64,000 nt of DNA from assembly GCA_020137815.1 (NCBI GenBank), contig CM035356.1, positions 806,001-870,000 of the forward strand. The letters run 5' to 3'. Source of the DNA: Hormiphora californensis (Eukaryota; Animalia; Ctenophora). This document shows positions 1-64,000 of the stretch, piece by piece (position 1 is the first letter of the stretch; every line of letters starts with the position of its first letter). The notes beneath the pieces were generated by a model. It was not told the origin of the DNA and made no database searches. It was given only the letters and a program-made list of their open reading frames with translations. Both the position numbers and the translations under genes were made by a program.

Positions 1-97
1 ACATGGTGTACATGTGACCAGCCATTGTATGATCCAGTGGAATAATATATTTGACCTATTCACTAGCTTATCAATCGTTACTGTCTATTAATTTCAG

Positions 98-225
98 ATA
101 AAAAGGACCCATTGAAGCGTACCAGGGCCAGGAACTGCAAGCGAACTAGGGCTGCAGCCTCCCCTGACATGTCTGACAGATACAATCAGCCCGAGTACAG
201 AGCAGCCCTTCGCTCAGGAGTGTGA
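98..225 (+). CDS. Possible terminal exon of an upstream gene (DKKDPLKRTRARNCKR...AALRSGV*), product unknown
   Basis: TTTCAG acceptor ending at 97 followed by an open, coding-like frame to TGA at 223-225; no recognisable domain. Confidence 0.3.
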
Positions 226-756
226 GTAGTATTGTTTGTGGTGCTGGAAAGCGCTTTAATTATACCAAGCGTATTCAACTGAGCGCACTGTTGCATCCTC
301 AGATTAGGTTTTGAGAATCAAAACGAGGTCTGGCAACGCTAAAAAGCAAAGTTTGAATCGCTTCACACGGTTTTAAAAACAATTCAAAAAACAGGCAGGG
401 TATTGCCCATCATGGGGCCACAAGTAGAAACGTGAACCGCATTTTTTATAACATCAAATGATAATACTATTACTATTTGCTCGATTTCATTCAAAGTTCT
501 GACTGCAGCAGCTATTGCTGCTGAAACACTTAACAAATGTGTGCACATCGGACTGCATCTCTTGCACTAACTCTTTATTAATTTCTACAAAGCAAAACAC
601 GAACGGATCTGTCAGCGCAGCGATAATATTTTTCTCTAATTCTCTTCTTCCAGCGAGAAGATACAATTTAATTACACCTCAAGTACCGGGTCGTATAGAA
701 ACAATTATACAGTATAGTACATATACTGCATTCCTGAGTTCTGGGTAGAAATCTTA

Positions 757-1520
757 ACGGGTGACAACTAAAAATCTGGACAATTTTCTGTGAGCTCTAG
801 CGCCGGCCCCGCTTGAGATACATCTTCAGGCCAGTGATAGAACGATTTTTCAGACAATTTTGAATCAGAATAACACAACGGGAAAAACTAAAAAGTTCAT
901 TTTCATTGCGTTATCGCATCATTTCCTCTTGACCCACCAAAGCATGTGTACGGAGATTTGAGATTTCTGTGTGATCAGAAACGACCTTCCCGATGAGATA
1001 AAATTCTCAAATTTGAAATAATGGTTGTTCATGCCATAACCAACATAACTGCCAAGTTTCAACATTTTAGCTTATCGGGAAGTTGGTTTTCCACGTCATA
1101 AATGTTTCGAGAGATCGTCAAAATGGCGATTTCTCAAATTACCTGTAAACTACGCTTTGAAGGGTTTGTTACAGATGATTCTGTGATTAGAATTGAGATT
1201 ATCGGAGTGTGAAACAAAGTTAATTTTGATCAAAATCGTCTGAAAAATCATTCTATCGCTGCCCCGAAGCTGTATCTCAAAAAGAACAGGCGCTAGAGGT
1301 GCTAGAAAAGTGTGTAAATTTCAAGTACTACATGCTTTGGTGGGTCAAGAGGAATTGATGCGATATCGCAATGAAAATGAACTTTTTAGTTTTTCCCGTT
1401 GTGTTATTCTGATTCAAAATTGTCTGATAAATCGTTCTATCACTGGCCTGACGCTGTATCTCAAGCGGGGCCGGCGCTAGAGCTCACAGAAAATTGTCCA
1501 GATTTTTAGTTGTCACCCGT
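757..1520. mobile_element. Non-autonomous Tc1/mariner-type MITE with long terminal inverted repeats
   Basis: TA|ACGGGTGACAACTAAAAATCTGG... at 757 is mirrored by ...CCAGATTTTTAGTTGTCACCCGT|TA at 1520; TIRs ~190 bp; TA flanks on both sides; no transposase ORF. Confidence 0.85.
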
Positions 1521-2826
1521 TATTGTTCGAAGAGTGCCATATCTAGGATTTAGTCATGAAAAACTAAACACAGGAAATACTATGTTCATTGTTGGTATCA
1601 TATCCTCAGCTGAGGATCAGTATAGTCAGGAATTTTAGAATTCATAAAATATGACTCGACCAATCGTCTGAACAAACTGATGACAGCTCTCACAAGACAT
1701 ATATGTTGCAGTTATTTTCACAAAGTTAAGCTCCACTACCAGAAGCGAAGCTGTGCGAAACTGCGAAAATAACTCTTCAGTGTCTCACTTTGTGTAGCAA
1801 CAGATTGTCAGTTGTGGGAGAGCGCAAACCGGGAATAGCCGATATAGCTCTTCAATTTCTGGATGTGGGATAGAGAGAGAAAACAGGGAATAGCTGTTAG
1901 CTCTGAATGTGGGATAGAGGGAGAGCATGAGTCCTGAAGAATGAATGTAAACATGGTTTCACACGATGTGCTGCCATCCTACACAGACTGTTTTTTGAGC
2001 AATGAATCGTTTTTATAGCTCTTTGGGCTCGCGTAAGCTCATTATATAACCGGGAACAGACTTGGAAAAAAGACTTAGCAAAATGGTATCGTTTTATGGC
2101 GGCGATGGCAGATCACTTCACCCTACTGAAGTCTCACATCACCACATTGGAAAAAGAAGAAGAATGTTTTATCATTTTATTATTTTTATACTTGGCTAGC
2201 ATATCCGGTTCCGGTATCTAAAACTCCTACATATATAATAACAGAAGATAATTATAGTATTGGTATACTACAATGTATTCTAAGAGTCGGGAAATGCTTT
2301 CACACATACATGACAGATAGAAATCCTTCAAGATATATTCGCGTATTATCATTCACAATAAAGCAAATGAACATATAATGGTACTGCTGCAAGTAGCTAT
2401 TGTTCTCACGTCTCCAGGAGTTGTGTGTCAGCAGAGTCAACCTGATCTGAACGCACAAAATAACCGTGAAGCTCACAAGCCTAAAAGAACATATGTTTGT
2501 GATCTGTAATGATTCTTTAGACTATCCAAGCTCTAGTCTGTTCAAGTGCAGTATGCATATTAAACCGGCAATTTTATTCCTCAAAGACCATCTTATTTGT
2601 GAAAATAAACAAGAATCCACAGCTCCGAGCTGATTACAAAATCATAGTGTGTCATAACATCCCACTTCATGCGTGTTTAGGTCCCCTGATTTTGTACAGA
2701 CACACAGCCAGCAGGTACATGTAGACCTAGAGACAGACACATCCTGTTATGTGTGGAGACTATAATAGCAGACAGCAGCTTGTTGTTCTTGTGTGTTCCT
2801 ATGTGTAGTATCACTGTTCACAGCAC

Positions 2827-2840
2827 GTTGCTATGGCAAC
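2827..2840. promoter_or_regulatory. RFX X-box motif GTTGCTATGGCAAC just upstream of the putative formin start codon
   Basis: Exact match to the GTHNYY-AT-RRNAAC consensus, 36 nt before ATG 2877. Confidence 0.5.
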
Positions 2841-2876
2841 ATATGGTGATCTGGTTGTAACCAGGGTTACTATAAC

Positions 2877-38869
<35,993 letters not shown>

Positions 38870-39557
38870 AAAAAAGACAGGGTTTTGGTGTTTTTTTGTC
38901 AGATTTTTACTTGCCGTGTCGTATGGACCCATTTTGTACTACAGTTTTCAGTTACAAAATGTAAAATGTGCTTTGTTTAATGTGTTGTAGGGAGCACGAC
39001 CTCAATTCTCATTACACCGCAACATGCATTCAATTCGCTGTAAATTCCAACACCAATTTTCCCACGGTCTGCGCACGGCGGAGTCACCGCGCGCAGTACT
39101 CTACAACTGAGACGTTCGGTGACCGCGCCCTGTGAACCGTATGAAAAAGTGGGGCAAAATGTGTGCAGGGGTGGCCCAGGCAATCTCACACAGAAATCTT
39201 ATGCTAATGATATGCTGGACCAAGAATACACGCAGGATCTAAAGTTCTGGTGAAATAAAATTAAACACAAAACATCGGCACTTTCACAGGTAGAGATCGG
39301 ATTAAAAAATTCAACCCCGAGATAGTGTTCAATATGTTCTTAATATACACATAATACTTCCCCATACTTCATCAATACTACCATAAAACACATTTATTAC
39401 CCCCTCTCTTAACCCACTATACCAGTATAAATTGCTAGTACCATCATTAATACCCGTTATAGTCCCTATCTCATCGCTATGTGATACCTCTTTTACAAAA
39501 TATGATAGGAGGGTTAGAACATATCAACCATCAGTAATACCCACTATAATCCCTCTT

Positions 39558-54470
<14,913 letters not shown>

Positions 54471-54606
54471 TGTGCTGACAATGCGGAGTGTTTAGGTCAG
54501 GATGATGGAGGATTGTTGTTCTGGGTCATGTAGGAAATACCATGTCTTGCTAGTGGGAGGGAGAATTGTTAGAAGAAGGAGAATGCAAATGAAAACCAGA
54601 ATGTGA

Positions 54607-54680
<74 letters not shown>

Positions 54681-55390
54681 CGTGCAAGAAGTTACAACAG
54701 GAATAGAGGGAGAGCAAAAATTAAAAATCTAAATTTGAAGGTTCATGCAGACATCCTATTTGAGCTAAATATCCGAGAGATCTTAATGAGCTCATATATT
54801 ATCTCGGATTTGTTTTGTGAAATGTATTTGTACATAGATAAAAGTTTGAATTTTCAAAAATAAAACCTCTTCTATCACCACTCACTAAATAAATGATCTA
54901 TTAATTACTGTTGTATTGCTATATCTTGCCTCGTTCGACCCTGTCTCTCCGCTCCCCGGGTTTGAACAAAACAAGCTATATCAACTCGTCAATATTTACC
55001 ATCAGAGATCAGTCCTAACTCTCACTTAATTTGCATCTTCATCTCACTACATCCGTCACTTTGTATCTTACATTATCTTATATCGCTCTGGCGGTACAAG
55101 TTTCGGACGATTAATTATCACACTCCTGTTGATGTTATATCATCTTGTATCATTCTGTTACAGTTGGGAGGGTCAACAAGACTAATTTTCTGTCTTTTGT
55201 AACTCTGATGACCCTTTTTCATTGCAAACAAGGAACACTAGACAACTGCTCATTTCTCCCTTACTGTTTCTGTTTTAGTAGTAGACCCTTCATTCACACT
55301 TTGCTCATTTCCTACTCCCACCTGTCTCATTGTTCAATGATTTGACATATGCACAATGTATTGAAAACAAAGGAGATCACGTGTGTGTAT

Positions 55391-56215
55391 TAGGGTGTGC
55401 TATTTTTCCCAACTCATAAATCAAATCCAATTTTCACATAGGTTACCCCTAGAATGAGTTCCTACGATCATTCTAAAACATTTGGTAAAAAAATTTTAGT
55501 CCTACCCTGGCCCAATTACGTGGGCCGATGTATGCCCATATATGGGCATATTCATATCAAAAAAATGTTTTTGGGGCGTTATTTCGAAAAAAACCACACA
55601 TATGAATCGCCTCATGAGACTCAGTACAACCAGTATTTCCAGTCTGCACCTTCAGAACTCCATTTTATAATGAAAAATTTTTTTTGTTTCATCTTTTTTT
55701 CTTTCACATTTTCCTACTTTGCAGTATTAAAGTGGAGACGAATTTTAACTTTTTGAGATTTTATTTGTCGGAATGCAAATTCCGGTTGCAACCGACTAAT
55801 TTTGACCTGCTGAACACGATCCTGTTCATGAAAAAGCTCTCAAAATTGAAGAAAATGACCAAAATGAACATTTTTAGTCATAAATGAACATTTTTGGTCA
55901 AAAATGAACATTTTCAGGTCAAAAATGAACTTTGGCTAACTTTCATGATACACATCCATTCTGATCGGTATCAAACCGCTGAACACGACCCTGTCTATAA
56001 AAAGTTGATATAAAGAACATGGCAAACACTGGTGTAAAACACACATATTTTCCTTTTTTCGGTAAAAAAGTAAACTTTTTTAATCGCCTGGCCCACGTAA
56101 TTGACATACACTACCCCAATTCCGTTTTCAGGATTTAGTAGACAATTGTCCATAGTTTCATATCTACCCTTAACTTATTGGCCAAGTCGACAAAATTTTC
56201 ACTTAGCACACCCTA
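55391..56215. mobile_element. Non-autonomous hAT-type element
   Basis: 12-bp TIR TAGGGTGTGCTA/TAGCACACCCTA; perfect 8-bp TSD GTGTGTAT (55383-55390, 56216-56223). Confidence 0.9.
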
Positions 56216-58983
56216 GTGTGTATTACACATGCTAATTTTTATTGGGATCCCACCACACACTTATAACAAGGAAATGACTGATAGTACACACACACACCTC
56301 TCTTCAAACATCTCTTTTCTCACTTGCCAACATATAATCTCTTCTGATATGTTCTCTCGCATATAACCTCTCTCCCTTGTCCATCTTCTTAGTTGTTTGT
56401 ACAATCTATCTCTCTATCTCTCTCTCTCCCTTGTCTCTCTTCAGTCTCCAGAGTTGATGACACAATCTCTCTCTCTCTCTCCACCTCCTCAGTTGTTACT
56501 TGTTAGTACAATCTCTCTCGCTCTTGCCCCTCCTCTCAGGTCCCTCTGATCGGGCCTATCACTATATTGCTACTGCTCCTATAGTCCCCAACCCTCCCTT
56601 GTATTGCAAGATCCAGTATGGACGGAGGATCGTGACATCAGGGGAACATGATAGAACACGAGGCACACTACGACAATCATCCAAACCACTCTCTCAGCTC
56701 TATCTTCCATGGTAAACAACACGCTGCATCTTCTGTTTGTTATCTTTTTTAAGCTAGATATACATATGTTTGCCTTCTTTGTGTTATCTTTTTTAAGCTA
56801 GATATATGTAAGCCTTTCACCCTTTGTCCCATCTATGTTCTCCCGACAGTACAATATTAATTGTTGTTGTACGAGGGTAGCTTGGTGGCGCAGTCACACC
56901 TCTAGGGCCTCGTTTTATCGTGCCATGCACGGGAGTTGTAAGGGTGACTGCGTCACCAAGAGGGTAGCATAATCATGATAATGTGCCAGTCCCAATTGTA
57001 GCAGTGTGGCGCACTGGGGTGTGTCATGTGTGTATCTTAAAACTTCTTTTCATATATTAGCCTCTCTGTTGAATGGCAATCACTAAACCGGGCGGTCTTT
57101 ATCGTCTGACCGAACTCCGAAGCATATTTAGCGGGATCGTTTTATTTCAGCATACATTGCGGCTCAATCAGTCTGGAAGATCTGCGTGTTGTGTGGGCCA
57201 CATTATAAATGATCATCTAGACTTGTTATTTTTAATTCTGTTCTTACATCAAGAAAGTACTTAGTTCTTAGATCAAGAAAGGTACTATAAAAATGAATGT
57301 TGAAAGCAGAGCATGTGGATGTATTCATATTCGAGAAATAGAGATCACTATATAATATTTCTGATGAAAGATAGATAATTTATCACTGATCACCGATGGA
57401 TAGAAAGAGAGACGGTACTATGATAGAGGGACAGGGAGAGATAGACACACACAGAGAGATAGATAGAGAGAGATATAGAAAGATAAATGAATAATGAGAT
57501 AGACAGTCCAGACACAGAGGACTATCTCACCGCAGAGTAGCGGTATTTCCCACAGAAGCATCTCTATGCTAATGCTACTCAGCGCTGCCGCTTTCCAGCT
57601 GTGTGTGTATGTATGTGTTATAAGCATCAAGTTTGGCGTTCCTCCCTCTCTCTTTGAAGCAACTTTCCTAATCGCTACATTTATTCTCCCGTCCAAGTAT
57701 TTTTAACTTTCCTCCTTTCACATTTAAGATATCTAATTATAATGCTTTTTGCTGTCGACGGTTAAACTAGCCTCTCACGCCCAGCTATTACCAGCACTTA
57801 ACAATGGGCTACCACTAGGCGATGATATGTGTATAATACTGTATACTAATTATAACCACACACATATTATGCGAGTGTTATCATTGTGAACTTTCTACAG
57901 GCCGATATATTTATTCTTCTCAGGCACCCATTGTCTGCCCCAGTTCCTCTCTCTCTCTCTCTCGGTCTCAATGTACAAGAGTGCTCTGCAGTTGCTCTCC
58001 TAAATCTCTAGCTAGCTCTCTTGAATATGATAGGATTAGGACCTTTTTAATCGTTCCAGCTCCGTGTTAGTGCAGTGTGACATAGTTGGGTGTGTCCAAT
58101 GCGTGCAATCAATAAACTCTAAAACCCAACTGCTACATGACATCATGTGTGTGCGTTTTAGTTCCGATCGACTCCTCTTTTTGCGTGTAGAGAGTCAGAA
58201 CAAGAATATTGAAATAGCGGCCCTTGATTCTTGATCTGTCTTTGTAAGACGATTCAATTTTATTTGACCCCCATAATACTTGAATGCTAAGTAAAGTGAT
58301 TGAAGTTAAGAATATTTAAGTAACACACAGAAAAAGTAAAAAGAATAGAATTAATCTCTTTTCCTTCCTCTCGCTCGATTAGTGGCTTTGAGTACTATTA
58401 AGCAGTAACTAGGCTACCTACATTTTAATGTTTTAACATTTTTTAAGATGCTTGGATAACTAACTCTGTGGTTTACAATATTGTAAAGGTAGAACGGGGG
58501 CTATCAAATTGACTAGCCCAGAAAAATGAGCCACCATTGTTTCCCGATATCAGTATCATTACTAGTGTAGACTGTAGTTATGTTACCAGATAAATCTCAA
58601 TAGTCCTCAAAACCCCATTGATCAGTCATTATATATCAATTAAAATTAAATTAAAATAAATGGTCTTTTGCAAATAAATGGTCTTTTGCAAATACTCTTG
58701 ATGTGATAATACCACTGCTGTATCTTTACACGTGTGTTAGTTTCTGTGTGATATGGGAATGGCGGTATCAGTGAGGAAAGAACATTTCAAAACCATTAAT
58801 TGGTCTGATATTATGTACTCAACTCACTCATTCGCAGGTAGTATTCGCTGTTAGGAAGGCAATTCTGTAACATTAATGCTAAAAATTTTACACTGCATTT
58901 TATAACTTTCTGTAAATTTATTCTTAATCATCCAACCTTATTTACCCCTTCTACTATATATCTCACCGCCTCCCCCTTTACAG

Positions 58984-61900
58984 AGAAAGATATCCAGATA
59001 CAAACAGCGATAGCACTGGTAGAGGGCTCAGTTGGTATCTTTCTATCTGGATTCATTATTATCAGCATCATTCAATTCAGGTAAAAAACTTACACTACAC
59101 ACAGAGTGATCTAATGGGTGTTTTAAAAATATAATACAGATCTGAGTTACATGATATTCTACTTAAATTGAGCTTTGTGTTGTCTAAGTGGTACAATATG
59201 TTAAAACATGTGTAATAGTGTCATAGTATTATAGTAGCTGTACAAATAGAAACAAGTTAGTTAGTCTAGTTTGACTAACTAACTTGTTTCTATTTGTATT
59301 TGCTCTCACCCTGTGATAGAGCACTGTCGGCACCCGGTGCACTGCAGCTGTATTATAGTAGCTGTATAAGAGTGGTACACGCTAAAGAAATACCGTACAA
59401 CACAGCTGTGTCGCTCTGTTTTTGTACGTTATACCACCTACTTATATTGTCCCCTACTGTCAAGTTATAGATAGGTGATACGTTTTGTATATTCTAGTAG
59501 TACACTGAATAAATCTATAGTTCTAGAGTTAACAAAACAAAGATAACAATTCGGTGCAAACTCTCACAATACAATGCAACTCACACACTAGATAGACCCC
59601 TCGACTCCCTCGATCTAGCCTTAACAAGCAACACAAGGCTCCAACAAGCACGTCAGAATTGTAGAACTGAATTATCAAAAGTCATGCACTGCACAAAATT
59701 ATTGTACAACACGCTGTACAAGATACAATTATCATAAGACACGCTGTACAGTGTACAAGATACAATTATTATTTCAGGAGAGACTTCAGTAAGCAGATAA
59801 TGCTCTACGCTAACCTGGTTATGGCGTGTTTCGTAGCGGGACTATACATGGTACTATCTCGGGCAGTTAACATCCTATTTCACATACAAAAACATCCAGG
59901 TGACTTTGATCTGCCGAACCCTTACAGAGCGTGCTTTTATGAAATAAAATGCAGTGTGAGCTACACTACGAAGCTAGAAATTATACAGAGTATGCTTTTA
60001 TGAAATGAAAAAAGCTAGAAAATGTTCTCATTCTCACATTGTGTAGCTCTGTGAGGGTTCGAGGCAGAGCAGTTCTCGCAAAGTGAGCTGTAATGCAAAT
60101 CAAATATATGGTCCTCATAAATAAGTGATACATACAGAGCACAATCTATTCTTATTTGTGGGCATATATTATATCGGGGGGGTAATCATGGTGACAAATG
60201 GTGACAAATGGTGACATATGGTGACAAATGGTGATGGTGACATGACCAAAATTTTGAAATGAGTCACCATTTGTCACCATTCTCTCTGGAGCTTCCTACA
60301 GGCATAATATGATGTTATGGGACATAATATGATGTTATGGGACACTGGGGGACACTTCTACCAAGTTTCAAGTCGATTGGATGTAATAAAGGGGTCACAG
60401 GTGGTTAATTGCGCTTTGATGTGTTGTGCGACGGAGGTACACACTTAACGTGACTTTTGGGAAGTTTTAGCGGTCCAAAACACTACTAGCCGATCCGGAA
60501 TGGCCATGTTAACAACTTATGAACAAATATGTCGGTATAAGGAAATTAATAAATTTTATTAAATTTTTAAAGAAATTCTGCCGAAATCCGCAAATTTCGT
60601 CAAAAAATGGTGACAAATGGAGACAAATGGTGACAAATGGAGAACAAATGGAGACAAATGGAGACAAATGGCGATGGTGGCATACCCTAAATGGTCAGAT
60701 GAGTCACCATTTGTCACCATCTGTCACCATTTGTCACCATGATAACCCCCCCATTATATCAACGCTATTACTGAATATATAATATCATCAGAATATATAT
60801 TCTAGCACACTCTAAAGTGTAAGAGCGTCCTTATTACATTTCTCATTACCCTCTCCCCCTCTAGACGAAAAGATACACCTAGATCTAGAGACAGAGCTGG
60901 TGATATTCCCCCTCTGTATCCCACTGATGTATCTCTGGGCTCTGAGCAGGAATATTATCTTCCTGTCCACGGTACCAATCACCCTGGATAGGTTGCTGGC
61001 TGTCACTATGAGTGTGCGGTACAAGGGATTTGCAACTAACAGGTCGTTTAGATGTGAGTATATAATAACGGAGTTAGCTAAAGAGGGGGCCGGGAGGTTT
61101 TAACTGTATTATAGACAGGGTAAAGACATTCTCCTCTCATTTGCATTCTCAAATATCCTTTCATTCCCATCCTCATTCCCCAACCTCCTCCTCTTATCCT
61201 ATCTCATCCTCCTAATCTTATTCCAGTGTTGGTAGTAATGACATGGGTCATATCCGTCCTTCATGTAGCAGCAATAGGAGTTGCAGCGGAGTTGTATGGA
61301 CACAAGATCTTCCTCTCCCAGCACACCCTCAGCTGCTCCTACGGACACCACGATTTCTCGGTATGAATCATAATGTGAGACAACACATCACATCTTGATG
61401 AAATAAGCTCATACAAATACAACGGAAGTTTTTAAGGTCTATACAATTGTTTCATGATGCCCCATATTAATTTTTTCCCACCCACTATAATTTACCCTCT
61501 CACCCCTCACCAGGCATCTGTGGCCCTGTCAGTTTACCTCGGCCTAGCCCTACCCACCCTACTGTTCCACATAGTGAGCTATATCATAATGATATACAAG
61601 ATTCGGAAGAGAACACGTCTCATCAACCTATCTAACGATCTCCTCCGGATTGGACTGGTAGTGGCATTGGCATTTAGTGTCACATGGCTGCCCCAAGTCA
61701 TCCTTAAAACAGTCAACCATATTGAGGTAAGAGCACAGAGTTTGTCTGTTCGACCACAATAAAGTGAATATATAAAGTACCAACCATATTGAGGTATCAG
61801 AGGTTGTATCTTTAGTTTTTTAACCATTACAAATTTAAATGGATCAACCAATATTATATGGTAGACTGAAATGATTCATACCCCCACCAGGCAAGCAGAA

Positions 61901-62196
61901 ATGACGATATCCACTCGCGGCCACCCAACTTTCAAGAGTTCATCTGTTTCACTTTCAGCAACCTCTCTCCCGTTATAAACTGTATAATCTATATTTTCGG
62001 AGTCAAAGTTATCCGCCAGACACTGACTGCAAACTATCGTAAAGCAAGTTCTAGACTGAGTAAACAGTTGACAAAGCGGATCTTGGTGTTAAGGACATTG
62101 AGCGGTTTGGGAGTTAACAAGGGGGATACAGAAAATGCTGACACTAATGTAGATAGTATAGAAGATGTGACATTTCATATCGAGGCTGAATTGTGA
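58984..62196 (+). CDS. Rhodopsin-like (class A) GPCR; first exon not located
   Basis: Exons 58984-59080 (TM1), 59778-59899 (TM2), 60865-~61054 (TM3, ITLDRLLAV), 61227-61360 (TM4 W, ECL2 Cys), 61514-61725 (TM5-6, FSVTWLP), 61891-62196 (TM7, SPVINCIIY, stop). Confidence 0.85.
60176..60752. mobile_element. Non-autonomous TIR element with 10-bp subterminal repeats, in a GPCR intron
   Basis: TIR GGGGGGGTAATCATGGTGACAAATGG / CCATTTGTCACCATGATAACCCCCCC; 8-bp TSD ATTATATC (60168-60175, 60753-60760); ATGGTGACAA repeats. Confidence 0.85.
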
Positions 62197-62234
62197 TGGC
62201 TGGACGATATATTTAATTATATTGCTAAAGTCAA

Positions 62235-62373
62235 TTTTTTTTTCAACTGTTCACCCAAAATCGAAATTTCAGTGAAATTTAGAAACTTAGTGGCGTGCGC
62301 TATACGTTAACATGTGATAAACACTCAAAACAAATCCGTGCACGACTTTGGAGGGTGAACAGTTGAAAAAAAA
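62235..62373. mobile_element. Small inverted-repeat element just 3' of the GPCR stop
   Basis: TTTTTTTTCAACTGTTCACCC ... GGGTGAACAGTTGAAAAAAAA. Confidence 0.55.
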
Positions 62374-64000
62374 TGGAGTATATGCTGGTTTTTTTATTTG
62401 TTTCTCCTTCTCTGAGTGTGTCGTAAAATCGTTGTTTCTAATTATTGTTGTTCATCTGAATTAAAACAGGGGGCTTCAATTGTTTTGTTCAAAACCGTGG
62501 GGCGCGGGGAGGGAGGGTCGAACAAGGCAAGGCTTCATAGCAAACTAGTTTCATTGTTTTTTTGCTGTCGAGGTTTATGTAGTAGGTGAGGTAGGAATTT
62601 CTTGATAAACTTGATAACTCCTGATTTCTCGACGGTCGGAACAGTACGGTAGAATCGGAGGACACATCACACAGCCCACAGGCAAGCGAAAAATAAAAAA
62701 TGACACCAATTTCTGCTCTCTAAGTTGCCGCTTTTGGTTTAGGGAAACGCTGCAGTACGTGGTGGAGCAAAGGAGGTCTTTAGATTACACCAAAGTTGTG
62801 ATTTTTAACGCTGTAGCAACAGCCAATATTTTTTAAAAGCCACGTTGTCGGTTGGCATTTGCTAAAATTCCAGTGCTGGTTAAGACAGCACTTTAAGTTT
62901 AAGTTTAAGTTTAAGTTTAATCACTATTTATCACAAAGTCAATATAAAAATATTAAAACCTTGTCCCGCTCTTACACCAAACATATTTAATATAAATAGA
63001 TATAAAAAATAAGCTACAAGGCTGATGTGAAAGCACCAGCGGTTACCTAAAGCGGGTTAAGCTAGTTCACGATACAATGAGGCAGATAACATCAGCATAA
63101 ACTGCACAATTAAATAACTGAGATACAACGGCTTTTGAAAAAAGTGCACAAACAAACCAACACAGCCCGCAGACAAACAAAACGAACAAACAAACAACCA
63201 AACAAATAAATAAGCAAACAAACAAACAAATAAGTCAACACTAAACAGACAGGCAAACAAGAAAGTTAACAAACAAGCATACATACAAACAAACATACAA
63301 AAGAACAGTCAAATAAATAAATAAATAAACAAACAGGTACAAGTGAACATCAAAATAATAACAACAGACATAATATCAGATGAGACACACACGGTTAATA
63401 GGTAATAATAGAGTTCAGCATCACGAATAGTTTATTGTCCATACATGGCATAGTTTTTTATCGGTAAAAACGTTAAAACGGTATGTATGGATCTTCTTTC
63501 TTCTTTCGTTTCTCCCTTTAGACTCAGTCAATCTGGAACCTCATCTACTCAGACTCTACACAAACTCGTAGGCCAAGATACACTTAAAACAGAAAAAACA
63601 CACTAAGAACCTAAAATTCTCACTACTCTGGCTTGGATGATCCCTCTACTAAGTCTCATGAAGATGTAGGAAGGACAGGGAAATGGGAAATGTAGCAGGT
63701 TAAGGAGGAGGGAGCAGCAGGTTAGGGAGGAAGCAGCAGTGCAGGTTATAATAATAATAATAATAATATCGAATATTTATATCCCGCTATCATGCGTTAA
63801 ATATGCTAGTTCACTACTCGTTTAAACTAGAACTTAAAGATATACTTAAAGAACACCGAGATTATCGTTAAAACTAACACCGCGTCTATAGCGGCCTTCT
63901 CATAGCCAGAGGAATGCCATTCAAGCTAATTTTGATCAAGAAATAATAATAAAGAGAGAAGATTTAGTCCGAGGAAAAAAGTATAAAAAAAATACGTTAT

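Overview
Animal genomic DNA with many introns and abundant (GA)n microsatellites. The nested genes suggest a non-bilaterian such as a ctenophore, but the sequence alone cannot establish this. There are three multi-exon host genes: a DAAM-like FH1-FH2 formin with an unusual N-terminus (+, ~2.9-38.9 kb), a GH47 class I alpha-1,2-mannosidase (-, 39.6-54.5 kb) and a rhodopsin-class GPCR (+, ~59.0-62.2 kb). Two things stand out. (1) One 8.5-kb formin intron (14061-22597) holds an alpha-tubulin gene and three secreted-precursor genes with single-exon CDSs that share an (A)FFFKP motif. One precursor is a polyprotein with seven motif copies, four ending in Gly-Lys-Arg amidation/cleavage signals (predicted FFFKPAFamide, FFFKPRFamide and FFFKPRFGFamide). 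This looks like a candidate new neuropeptide/peptide-hormone family. (2) Two related insertions (21.5-22.5 kb and 27.3-37.4 kb) are built from 332-335 bp monomers that each carry a tRNA-like cloverleaf. The tRNA body is nearly identical but the anticodon arms differ (TGT vs CGA). Each insertion has a 12-13 bp target-site duplication and an internal inversion after the same motif, and the monomer has a self-complementary fold with covarying pairs. This looks like a candidate tRNA-bearing, retrozyme-like non-autonomous retroelement. Several MITEs and a complex satellite-like repeat fill other introns. Scattered 1-nt frameshifts and a scrambled 4.8-kb stretch look like uncorrected long-read errors.
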